Origin: a virus
Taxonomy: Duplodnaviria > Caudoviricetes
Virus record (IMG/VR): IMGVR_UViG_3300016744_000005
Coordinates: 32,001 to 96,000 of that record
Direction: 5' to 3' (one strand)
Length of the DNA stretch: 64,000 bases
Both the position numbers and the translations under genes were made by a program. Below are positions 1-8,872 of this stretch, in pieces; within the stretch, counting starts at the first letter, position 1, and each line of letters opens with the position of its first letter. The notes under the pieces were generated by a model, which had not been told where the DNA came from, did not search any database, and worked only from the letters and a program-made list of their open reading frames with translations.

Positions 1-446
1 TTACGTGGTATGTATATAAATGTATTGTTATTTACATCCATAATTTCTAAGGTTTGCTTATTTATAGCGTATTTAGAAAATCCTGGAATGTGATACCATT
101 CCGAACCTTTGGCAATTGGTATACCTTCATTTGGGTATCGCCATACAAGATTACTAGGATGGACATTTTCACGATTACCATCTACATACATTAACTTAAC
201 ACGTTGCCATTTACTAAAATCAAAATGTAGTGGCTTATATGCTAATGCGACCAATCGTGTAATTTGATAGAATCTACACGATGTGCCAATAGTGATTTTA
301 ACAACTTTTCGGTTTCGTTTATCTACTACAGGTGATAGTTGTCTATTCTTCACACAGTCGTAAATTTCACCTTGCTGGTTTATAACATAACGTTTATTAG
401 CTTGCGGTATAACCATACTTGGTTTATCTATGAAATCTTGTAACAT
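1..446 (-). CDS. HNH/NUMOD4-type homing endonuclease, intron-encoded (3'-partial; runs off window; absent from ORF track)
   Basis: Manual translation from ATG 446 (SD GGAGG at 457-453): MLQDFIDKPSMVIPQANKRYVINQQGEIYD...ITRLVALAY...MYVDGNRENVHPSNLVW...WYHIPGFSKYAINK. Contains an HNH_3-like DGNxxNxxxxNLxW motif and a NUMOD4-like segment; frame stays open to the window edge. Confidence 0.82.
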   Translation of the reverse strand, partial: MLQDFIDKPSMVIPQANKRYVINQQGEIYDCVKNRQLSPVVDKRNRKVVKITIGTSCRFYQITRLVALAYKPLHFDFSKWQRVKLMYVDGNRENVHPSNLVWRYPNEGIPIAKGSEWYHIPGFSKYAINKQTLEIMDVNNNTFIYIPR

Positions 447-453
447 GCCAGAC

Positions 454-480
454 CTCCACTATATTCCACATATAATAGAG
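454..480 (-). promoter_or_regulatory. RBS-sequestering hairpin of the homing endonuclease with embedded TATG late-promoter-like motif
   Basis: Minus strand CUCUAUUAUAU-GUGGA-AUAUAGUGGAG forms an 11-bp stem (2 GU pairs) that includes the SD GGAG; TATG at 472-469. Confidence 0.6.
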
Positions 481-525
481 ACAAAAGCATCAAAATAACA
501 CTGTAACCCTTGATATTACTGGATT

Positions 526-1980
526 TTATCTATTCACACATTTATCTGCTCCCAGCGCTTTGAGATTAGCTGGGTGCGGGATCATGCTCGATACAAACTC
601 TTCCACGTCCCGTAATGGGAAATCTGTTGCAGGGGTAGCTAGTCGTGTAGACCAGTCTTCTGCTAATTCCCACTCCATTTTAGTACGGACAGTGGTGGTC
701 AATCTTATAGTGCTCGAATAGGTAGAGCCTTGTCCCGTTACTGGGAATCGCGTGACCAGTGTGAAATAATCATTCCACTTTTCATGCCCACTTAGATACA
801 GTAACTCGGCATACGTAATTGGCGATACATATTTACGTTGTCTACCAGCGGGTAAATCACGGATATCCGAGAACACCCGGAACTCTTTCCCATCGTTATA
901 AATTAACGCGAGATAGTGATTACCGATTTTAACTGGTTTATGTCGACCGTCTGGATTACGAAATAGGTTGATGAGTTTCTCAATCCCTTCGTCGGTACCA
1001 AACTTATCGTAGTCGTCTGGTTTGACAAACACGACCTCTTTCTGGTACGTCTTGGCATTTACCAAAAACATCTGTCCATCACTACCAACGATATCGCCTA
1101 AGTATTTGGTGCGTATCGCATGTACTGCAACTGGTAGTAACGATTTCAATCCTTGAAACATACCCACGATGGTATCGGTGGGTTTAACGGCATCTTCACG
1201 TCCCATTACTACCGAGGTAGTATCCATATTGGATAATACGTTACGAGTACCATTGTAGATCTTACGAGCTGCCCATTTACCTCTTAAGAAGCCTTTCTTC
1301 CCTTCGAGCATATCGAAGAAATACTTATAGATCTCGATAAACGATCGCTGCATTGCCCAGCGAGTACTATCCAGTGTCTGGAGATTACTGGTACCAATAC
1401 TCGGTACGATACGAGAGGCTGAAATCAACTTACGGTACATACCGTTAATTTCATTCTCCTGTTCACGTCCGTCTGCAGTGACTTCCAAGTCACGTAATCC
1501 AGCCGGTAATACGATTACAAAACGCGACAGGGCAATATCACGGAACTTATCGATCAGATCGATGGATTGTTGCCGAATCAAACTTTCTGTTTGCTTGGGC
1601 TGGAGTTCATTCCAATGACTAATAAAAAAGCTATAGCCGGTACCAGCACCCTGATCAGTTGGGGAGGCTGGGATAAAGTCTTTTTCTTTTGTATCCCATA
1701 TCGCGTAGCGTGCACCTGACATCACTTCACGATATAACTGTTTTAATTCAAATAACGTAAGGGCTACTACGGGGGAGATAATTTCGATCCCGAGGTCGAT
1801 ATAAGAGAAAGTCGTATCACGACGCTCTGAACCAATCTGACCATACGTTAGTAATGAATACAAACCATCCTCGTGGAAATCTTTGGTCGCACCATGAAAG
1901 GTGTCCAGTGAAGTAGTCGGTCGCAGTGTTTGCACTAAGCGCCGATCTACGTTAAGCAGATAAAAAGATAACCAATTCAT
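526..1980 (-). CDS. Virion RNA polymerase beta' N-terminal subunit (phiKZ gp180-like), exon 1 (true exon probably ends at 544)
   Basis: beta' motifs VLPAGLRD, GKKGFLRGKW..RKI..GTRNVL, VTRFP and HP..L..LGAD (start of the NADFDGD catalytic motif); divergent from the gp181-like gene as in phiKZ-like phages. Confidence 0.9.
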   Translation of the reverse strand: MNWLSFYLLNVDRRLVQTLRPTTSLDTFHGATKDFHEDGLYSLLTYGQIGSERRDTTFSYIDLGIEIISPVVALTLFELKQLYREVMSGARYAIWDTKEKDFIPASPTDQGAGTGYSFFISHWNELQPKQTESLIRQQSIDLIDKFRDIALSRFVIVLPAGLRDLEVTADGREQENEINGMYRKLISASRIVPSIGTSNLQTLDSTRWAMQRSFIEIYKYFFDMLEGKKGFLRGKWAARKIYNGTRNVLSNMDTTSVVMGREDAVKPTDTIVGMFQGLKSLLPVAVHAIRTKYLGDIVGSDGQMFLVNAKTYQKEVVFVKPDDYDKFGTDEGIEKLINLFRNPDGRHKPVKIGNHYLALIYNDGKEFRVFSDIRDLPAGRQRKYVSPITYAELLYLSGHEKWNDYFTLVTRFPVTGQGSTYSSTIRLTTTVRTKMEWELAEDWSTRLATPATDFPLRDVEEFVSSMIPHPANLKALGADKCVNR

Positions 1981-2002
1981 TTTTTAATTTCCGAGGTTAA
2001 AA

Positions 2003-2944
2003 ATGGCTAAAAAACGCGATGAAATCGATCTAAGCGAGTTTGACCTCGATGACGACTTAGACTTTAATATTGATTTCGACCCACCTCAAGCACCCGTTCC
2101 AGAGGGACGTGATGCGATATTATCGTTACCTAAACATCTGGCGAAAGGCGCATTAAACGCTGCTCGTAGTCCAGGTAAACGGGATGAGATCATACGTAAC
2201 TCACTCCCGAAAGAATATAAAGCTGCATATGAAGCATATGATAGTCTAGCAAATCAAGGTAACAAAATTCTTGGTACTGCCAGAGATGAATATCGTAAAA
2301 CCAAGCAGGAGTTAAAACGCACTGGACGTGATGTTTTACCGGCTATCAAAAACTTCATGCCGAAGAAACTTTACGATAAACTTTTAGAATCTACCAAAGA
2401 ACATAAGTACCAGGAATTCGATGCGCGCTTAGCCGAAATCGAAGGTACGACAGCGAATATCTTCGATCAAGTAAAATCTCAAAACCAGCAACCTGATCGT
2501 CGGATGGTGGATGCAGTTTTACAAGAACGTGCTGAGAAAGAGCTCCGTGAACAATCGAATGATATCAAGCTCAATCGGTTAGTAGATTTAGTACAAGGTA
2601 TCGGACACGATACCGGCCAGGTAGTAGGTTATCAAAATACAGTTACGACCGATTATCGTCGTAAGATGTTAGAGTTAACCTATCGTCAGTATTTTGCTAT
2701 GACTGATCTGGTAGAGGTAACTAAATCCACTGCTGAACGTTCTACCGCAGCATTAGAGACCATCGTTCACAATACTGCATTGCCAGATTATGCCAAAGAA
2801 GAGTTTGGTGAAATCACTGGGGCTTTATTGAAACGTCGTATCGCAGAAGCTATCTCACCAGCTAACCTCTTTAAAGATTATATCAATAAAGTTGGTGAGA
2901 ATATCCAATCGAAGTTTAAAGGGGATCTTTGGCGGTACCCGTGA
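2003..2944 (+). CDS. N-terminal part of the gp181-like tape-measure/tail lysozyme (frame break at ~2921-2924)
   Basis: Good RBS (GAGG). Joins 2892..8810 into one 2268-aa ORF if one G of GGGG 2921-2924 is removed. Confidence 0.75.
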   Translation: MAKKRDEIDLSEFDLDDDLDFNIDFDPPQAPVPEGRDAILSLPKHLAKGALNAARSPGKRDEIIRNSLPKEYKAAYEAYDSLANQGNKILGTARDEYRKTKQELKRTGRDVLPAIKNFMPKKLYDKLLESTKEHKYQEFDARLAEIEGTTANIFDQVKSQNQQPDRRMVDAVLQERAEKELREQSNDIKLNRLVDLVQGIGHDTGQVVGYQNTVTTDYRRKMLELTYRQYFAMTDLVEVTKSTAERSTAALETIVHNTALPDYAKEEFGEITGALLKRRIAEAISPANLFKDYINKVGENIQSKFKGDLWRYP

Positions 2945-5900
2945 CGCGATCGGTGCTGCGTCGACTATGGCTATGATGGGTGGGTTGACTGGGGATGATG
3001 ATTCACAGTTATCTCCTGGTCAAAAACGCACTAAAGCTATGCAAGGTGGTGCTGAAATCGCCGGTGGGTTTATCTTTGATAAACTCACTAAGAAATGGAT
3101 CAAGAAAGGTACTGATAAATTCCGTGACTACTTAGGTCAAGATAACGCTGTTGCTAATACCGTCCGTAAGGGTGCCTACAACTTAATGAATCTACCCCAG
3201 ATTCTAAATACGTATGCTAAAAACCCATACTACGATGGTGCTGAGGCCGGTGTTATGGGACCGATGGCTAATCTCCTAGGGGATATACTGCCGCAGTTTC
3301 ACGGGCCCAAAGCTAGTTTATCTGATCGTGGCGTAGGCGTTGGTAGTAAACCAGCACCGTGGACCTCTCGTAACGATATGTCCATCAACGAGATCATCCC
3401 AGGTTGGTTGGCTAAGATCAATCAATCTATTCGGGTACTATCGGGTAATGAATCACCATTAGAGCAGTATGATCCAGAGACCCGCTCGTATATTAATACC
3501 AAAGAGATCTCTGGTCGTATACGTAAAACTGTTAATGCTGAACAATCGCGTAAGTGGATACGTCAGCGGGGTAATGAGATCGTTGATAGCTTAGATCCAC
3601 AGAAAGTATTATCTGAAGATGAACGTAAAATCCTGCAGCGTGTAATCGATGAGAAAACACGTAAGGGTGAGAAATTCGATATCCGTGATTTGGCGAACGG
3701 CTTTGATGGATATGGGCAGGCGGGTAATGGGAAAGATCTCTCTAACTTGCAATCTCATTTCTCTAAGATAACGCAAGATGAAGCCAATCTGTATAAACTC
3801 AATATCAGTGCCTCCAACGGTATGAACCGGATGCGCTCTGAGATGGGCTATACACAGCAGTATATCGATGAGATGGTGGATCGCTACGGCGAGGATGCCT
3901 TAGTCCGTGCGAATGTATTCGTCCGTGAAGGTGATCGGTTAGTACCTAATAAAGATCTGTACGATCAATACAGCTCCGTAAAAGGTAATGCCCGCAAAGA
4001 CCCTAATGCTAAAGGTAATATCCATAGTACGTTAAATGCTTTTATACAAAACGGATTTGATCCATCTAAATTCCCACCGGCTAATCCTAACGGACTACAA
4101 CAGCAGTTAAAGCTCACTGAGGACACTGTCCGTAATGGAGTACGGGCTGCGTTCTTTACCGATGAGTTACCGGATCTAGTATCGATCTTAAACAAAGCTA
4201 AGTCAGATACTACCCAAGTAGACCGTGATGATACGTTAACGCCATTAGTCACGAAAATCCACGAGCAGTTAATCGCTAATAACTTATCTGCTGAAGTAGA
4301 ACATATCCTATCGATCTTAGAACTCATCGCTCAGCAGCAGGCGTTAGGCGGCGGTGGTCCAGGTGGTCCTGGTGGTGGTGGTGGTCCATTGCCTAATGGT
4401 GCAGATACACTGTGGGGGCATGCCAAACGTTTAACAGGATTAGGCTTAGCAGGTTTACGTCGTGGTGGTAAAGCATTAAATAGTACCGCTAAGAAAGCAC
4501 GGGATAATTTCCGTAACTCTATTGGTCGTTTATGGCGTGCTACTAATCCACTCGGTGTCGCTCGGTCACTATTCGATACTGCTGGTAAAAGTGTTAAAGC
4601 ACTAGGACAGGGTTTATTAGGACAGTTTGATATCTACTCTGCTGAAGGACAGTTATTACTAACTGCTGCTAAACTAAAAGCAGGTGAGTATTACAACGCC
4701 CGTGGTGAAGTAATCAAATCGATTAAAGATATCGTCGGTGCAGTTTATGACGCCTCTGGTAACGTTATTATCTCTGCAGATGAGTTATCGACTAAACTAA
4801 AAGGTCTGAAGTATCATACCGCGAAAGGCTGGCAACGGTTGATCGTGGGTATCAGTGGATTAATGGGTACGTCTATTAATCGATCGCTAAAGATGCCTAA
4901 GACTGGCTTACAGTTTTTACAGCAGATCGCTAGTAGTGTTACTGGGCACGTAGTAGCTAACCAAGACATTTATGTCAAAGGTGAACGTACCCCTCGGTTA
5001 TACCATACGTTAATGGTACGTGGACAATACATCTCCCAGAAAACAGGGAAGCTCATTCGGACGATCAAAGACATCGATGGCCCAGTGATTAACCCCCAAG
5101 GTGAAGTCGTTATCTCAGCTGAAGAGATGGCCAAGCCTGATTTCCAACTGGTGGATGTTAAAGGCGTCGCATCACGTACTAACTTTAAGATCCTGGCAGA
5201 TGGGGTAGCTAAAACTGCACGTGCAGCATGGGGGTTAGCGAAACTCCCTTTAAAGGCGATGTTAAAAGGTGGTGCGTTTGCTCGTGATGTATTGATGTCT
5301 GGTGGTGAATGGTTCGCCAAGCTGGTATCTGGGAAAGTCGATTTCTCAGTATCATTCGGTACCTCTAAGGTAGTAGATCGGTTAGATCAGATTTATAAAC
5401 TCTTAGATGATCGACTGAAAGACACCAATATCGATGCCAAAGAGCGTAGTCTAGCTGGTGACGACGATGGTGATGGGGAACGGGATAATAGCTTCCGTGC
5501 GATTTTCAAACGTCGTCGCGAGGCACGTAAAGCTGCTGCTGATGCTAAGTCGGGTACTGCTGGTGTAGCTGGCGATGGGAAAGATAAAAAGGGTAAAGGA
5601 TTATTCGGCTTACTAGGGATGTTGGGTGGTGGACTAATGACTGTCTTTGGCGGTATTAGTAAAACCATGGGCCGTATCTTTATCGATGTTATCGGTAAAG
5701 GTCTAGGTGCAGTGTTCACTAAAGTCTTATTCCCAATCTTTAAAGCCGGTGGTGAATTACTGGGTAACGCATTTACCAAAGTACTGGGTCCGTTAGCTAA
5801 AGGATTAGGTGCTGGCGCTGCTGCGTTAGGTCGTGGTGCACTCGTAGCCGGTGGAGCTGTCGCTAAAGGCGCTGGCAGGGCCATAGCGTGGACTGCTCGC

Positions 5901-8810
5901 AACGTCCTATGGAATGGGGCTCGTACAGTGGGCATAGCTGCTATCGGTGCTGTATCAGCTCCTGTGGCGATTGGTGCTGGTATTATCGCTGGTGTGACAG
6001 CGCTAGGCTACGGTGCGTATAAACTCTCACAGCGTAAGTTCAATACTGTTTTAGACCAAATACGTTTTGCGTATTACGGTACTGAGGAGTATGAACGCGG
6101 TGATAATGATGACGCAGCTAAAATCCGTTATCTGGAAAATGAGTTCGGTAAGTTCACCACCTGGGATGGTCAAGGTATCGCTGCCTTGAAAGGGATGTCA
6201 CGTGAGATCATCTTAAAGATCGCCGAAGGTGTTGAGATCCCAGTCAATGACGAAGAAACTAAGACTATGTTCGAACGCTGGATCTTAGGTCGTTTTATCC
6301 CAGTGTATTTGTTGTGGTCTACTCGTGTACGTCAAGTGTTAAATGGCGGTACACTGGAGTCTGTAGCGAAAGAACAGTTCCTCACTCCAAAAGAGCGAAT
6401 GAAATTCATTGAGAAGATCGAACTACCGAAAGATCACCCGATCTATAACGTAGCATTAGGTCCGTTTGAAGATGAAGATCTAATGACCGCTGATGATGTC
6501 GAGTCAATGACCAAAGATATCAAAGATGACCTGAAACGATTAGTCGCAGCCCAGATCACTCCGGATGATGCCAAAAAAATAAAAGAGTCAGGTGGGCAAC
6601 CACTGTTCATGCAATCGGATTTCGGTAAAACCCCGGCCATGACTAATCTCATGGGTGGCACTGCCGTTAAACCGAAAGCTCCTGAACAGAAAGCAGTAGA
6701 CACTAACTCTGTTATGTCACAGACTGGACCTAATAGTTTAGATCAAGCTAATCCTACCATGACCACGGTGAAAACTGGTGGATTGAAAATGGGTCGGCAT
6801 GTCGATAACATCGTCAATGCCTTGGATTCGATACGGTTGAAAACCTATGGCCTAACTACTCTCACGGAAGATCGTTTGCGTCCAATTTACGAATTAGAGG
6901 AGGCAGTATATCCTTTTATTGTTAAAGAGAACGCCGCGTATAAATTCAAAGGGGATCTACAACGTATCTCTAATGACTTCCAGTCGAAGTTTGGTTATCC
7001 GCCAGCTGCTAACACAGTAGATGCACCACCTACTGAATTTACTTTGTGGTTAACCAGTCGGTTTATCCCCACACTAGTACAGTACATCATGCTGGTGCGT
7101 ACACTGGTGCCTAATGCGAATCCGTTTGGCTTAGTAATATCGTCAGCCACTGGTGGTCTGTATGATATCGGTATCGGTACGCGTGATACCAAATACGAAG
7201 CTGATAAAGATTTCATTACCGTGTGGTCAGTACCATCTCGACCATTTGCAGATATGCCGAGTCCTAACAACGATCCACGCTCGTGCGATGGCAATATCGA
7301 TTATTTACTGCGGTTACGTAAAGAGTTTGAACTCAAACAACAAACCTCCAGCGAAGACAGCAATAAAGTCGTATTGATAAACGACCTGAATAAAGCTACA
7401 GATACTTCTAAACGTGGTATGGGTAGTAACGGTTCCTTTGGTACTGATTTAGGTCGTTCAGTGATGGGTGATAAACGGTATGATGGTTCTAGTCAGGGTG
7501 GTGGGTATAGTGGTGCTACGGAAGGTGCTGCTGAGTCGGTGAACATGGGTGGGTATGTGGATTCGCCGGTGGGTGAGCGTGGCGAGGGTGGTTATTATGA
7601 CATCCGTGCTAAGGACAAATCCAAAGCATCGATGGTGGAGGTGATTAAGCAGGTCGCTAAACTCACAGGTGTCGACGAGGGTTTATTACTATCGGTGGCC
7701 ATGGCTGAGTCATCACTGGACCCGAATGCGGGGGCTAAGACATCATCAGCTAAAGGGTTATTCCAGTTCTTATATGGTAAACCTAACTCTACTTGGCAGT
7801 TGATGATCAATAAATACGCCAATGAATTCGGTATCCCAGCTAATGCCTCACCGATGGACCCAGTAGCTAACTCGATACTGGGAGCGATGTATATCAAGGA
7901 ATCGATAGAGTCTGCTAAATCGGTGAATGGTGGGAAAGGTGTTACTCCAGCAGATATCTACTTAGGTCATTTCCTAGGTTCCGGTGGACAGCGTAAGTTC
8001 TTGAAAAACCTCTACGCTAATCCAAACCGAATCGCTGCGGCAGATTTCGGTGGCTTTGCACCTAAGACTCCATCAGGTGCTAACCGATCGATCTTTGCTG
8101 CCGGTAAAGGTGGGGAGGGCGAACCACGGACCTATGCACAAGTGTATAACTTGATGCAGAAGAAAATGCGTAATAACAACAGTATGATCGCTGACCTCGG
8201 TGGATCTACGCTGAGTACTGCTACTGGTAGCACTCCTGCTACAGGTGATACTGCAACGGCTGGTGCACCTACGGATAAAGGCTTAGATAAAGCACCATCT
8301 AATGCCACCGTGTCTAATGCAGTGACTGCGAAAGCAGCTACTGATGCTAAAGCTGGTGTGAAAGCAGCTAATGTTAACGATACAGTCCAACCATCTGGCA
8401 ATACCGCAGTGGATGATAAACCGTATGTTAACAACGCAGTCTCGCAAGCACAGAAAGTAGCAGCTGGCACTGCTGATGCCAATACCATGCGTCAAACGAA
8501 TCGAGATGTGCAAACACAAATCGAAGTCGAGAAAGCGCGTGTAGGAGCAAAAGCAGATTCTACCGTAAAACAAGTAGCAGCTAATCAATATCAGCAAGCG
8601 GTCAGTGCTGATAATTATCTGTTGGATCAATGTAAGTCATTGCGGTCGATTCATCAGGTATTAACCGAGATCTCTGCGAAGATCGCGCCAGGTGGTTTAA
8701 GCCCACAGGCAGCGTTTGCAGGTCAAGGTAGTGCAGCACCTGCGGCACCAGCTAATTATGTGGTGAAACATGATCGTGCACCAATCGACGTGAGTCGAAT
8801 TAAGTCGTAA
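2892..8810 (+). CDS. phiKZ gp181-like tail tape-measure protein with C-terminal lytic transglycosylase (main part)
   Basis: SLT motif AMAESSLDPNA...SSAKGLFQF...D.YLGHFLG; long Gly/Ala-rich hydrophobic segments; position next to the vRNAP beta' gene; annotated TTG start lacks an RBS. Confidence 0.85.
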   Translation: MVRISNRSLKGIFGGTRDAIGAASTMAMMGGLTGDDDSQLSPGQKRTKAMQGGAEIAGGFIFDKLTKKWIKKGTDKFRDYLGQDNAVANTVRKGAYNLMNLPQILNTYAKNPYYDGAEAGVMGPMANLLGDILPQFHGPKASLSDRGVGVGSKPAPWTSRNDMSINEIIPGWLAKINQSIRVLSGNESPLEQYDPETRSYINTKEISGRIRKTVNAEQSRKWIRQRGNEIVDSLDPQKVLSEDERKILQRVIDEKTRKGEKFDIRDLANGFDGYGQAGNGKDLSNLQSHFSKITQDEANLYKLNISASNGMNRMRSEMGYTQQYIDEMVDRYGEDALVRANVFVREGDRLVPNKDLYDQYSSVKGNARKDPNAKGNIHSTLNAFIQNGFDPSKFPPANPNGLQQQLKLTEDTVRNGVRAAFFTDELPDLVSILNKAKSDTTQVDRDDTLTPLVTKIHEQLIANNLSAEVEHILSILELIAQQQALGGGGPGGPGGGGGPLPNGADTLWGHAKRLTGLGLAGLRRGGKALNSTAKKARDNFRNSIGRLWRATNPLGVARSLFDTAGKSVKALGQGLLGQFDIYSAEGQLLLTAAKLKAGEYYNARGEVIKSIKDIVGAVYDASGNVIISADELSTKLKGLKYHTAKGWQRLIVGISGLMGTSINRSLKMPKTGLQFLQQIASSVTGHVVANQDIYVKGERTPRLYHTLMVRGQYISQKTGKLIRTIKDIDGPVINPQGEVVISAEEMAKPDFQLVDVKGVASRTNFKILADGVAKTARAAWGLAKLPLKAMLKGGAFARDVLMSGGEWFAKLVSGKVDFSVSFGTSKVVDRLDQIYKLLDDRLKDTNIDAKERSLAGDDDGDGERDNSFRAIFKRRREARKAAADAKSGTAGVAGDGKDKKGKGLFGLLGMLGGGLMTVFGGISKTMGRIFIDVIGKGLGAVFTKVLFPIFKAGGELLGNAFTKVLGPLAKGLGAGAAALGRGALVAGGAVAKGAGRAIAWTARNVLWNGARTVGIAAIGAVSAPVAIGAGIIAGVTALGYGAYKLSQRKFNTVLDQIRFAYYGTEEYERGDNDDAAKIRYLENEFGKFTTWDGQGIAALKGMSREIILKIAEGVEIPVNDEETKTMFERWILGRFIPVYLLWSTRVRQVLNGGTLESVAKEQFLTPKERMKFIEKIELPKDHPIYNVALGPFEDEDLMTADDVESMTKDIKDDLKRLVAAQITPDDAKKIKESGGQPLFMQSDFGKTPAMTNLMGGTAVKPKAPEQKAVDTNSVMSQTGPNSLDQANPTMTTVKTGGLKMGRHVDNIVNALDSIRLKTYGLTTLTEDRLRPIYELEEAVYPFIVKENAAYKFKGDLQRISNDFQSKFGYPPAANTVDAPPTEFTLWLTSRFIPTLVQYIMLVRTLVPNANPFGLVISSATGGLYDIGIGTRDTKYEADKDFITVWSVPSRPFADMPSPNNDPRSCDGNIDYLLRLRKEFELKQQTSSEDSNKVVLINDLNKATDTSKRGMGSNGSFGTDLGRSVMGDKRYDGSSQGGGYSGATEGAAESVNMGGYVDSPVGERGEGGYYDIRAKDKSKASMVEVIKQVAKLTGVDEGLLLSVAMAESSLDPNAGAKTSSAKGLFQFLYGKPNSTWQLMINKYANEFGIPANASPMDPVANSILGAMYIKESIESAKSVNGGKGVTPADIYLGHFLGSGGQRKFLKNLYANPNRIAAADFGGFAPKTPSGANRSIFAAGKGGEGEPRTYAQVYNLMQKKMRNNNSMIADLGGSTLSTATGSTPATGDTATAGAPTDKGLDKAPSNATVSNAVTAKAATDAKAGVKAANVNDTVQPSGNTAVDDKPYVNNAVSQAQKVAAGTADANTMRQTNRDVQTQIEVEKARVGAKADSTVKQVAANQYQQAVSADNYLLDQCKSLRSIHQVLTEISAKIAPGGLSPQAAFAGQGSAAPAAPANYVVKHDRAPIDVSRIKS

Positions 8811-8813
8811 ACC

Positions 8814-8839
8814 AGTAGGGTAGCCTAGGCTACCCTACT
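8814..8839. terminator. Perfect 26-bp palindrome/hairpin after gp181-like gene
   Basis: agtagggtagcctaggctaccctact. Confidence 0.7.
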
Positions 8840-8872
8840 ACAATCCTTTATAATGTATGCTACGAGGTTTAA

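Larger units (their letters stand above)
1..543 (-). mobile_element. Probable group I intron interrupting the vRNAP beta' gene (5' part only)
   Basis: RNAP frame reads ...LKALGAD|KCVNR* exactly where ADFDGD is expected. Exon ends in U (GAT, position 544), as at group I 5' splice sites. An HNH gene follows. The catalytic core and exon 2 would lie left of the window. Confidence 0.75.

Noticed and set aside
526-545. Intein at ...GADK-C in the RNAP gene
   Set aside because: A stop codon follows four residues later, and the endonuclease has its own RBS and start; this fits an intron, not an intein.
2915-2921. TTTAAAG as a classical -1 slippery heptamer
   Set aside because: It is not in X XXY YYZ phase for the upstream ORF, and the needed shift is +1.
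4345-4390. GGT-rich microsatellite-like stretch
   Set aside because: Simply encodes a Gly/Pro linker (GGGGPGGPGGGGGP) in the gp181-like protein.
3965-8630. Numerous minus-strand ORFs within the gp181-like gene (similarly inside the tail, sbcC and uvsX genes)
   Set aside because: Antisense shadows of strongly biased coding frames; no RBS or motifs.
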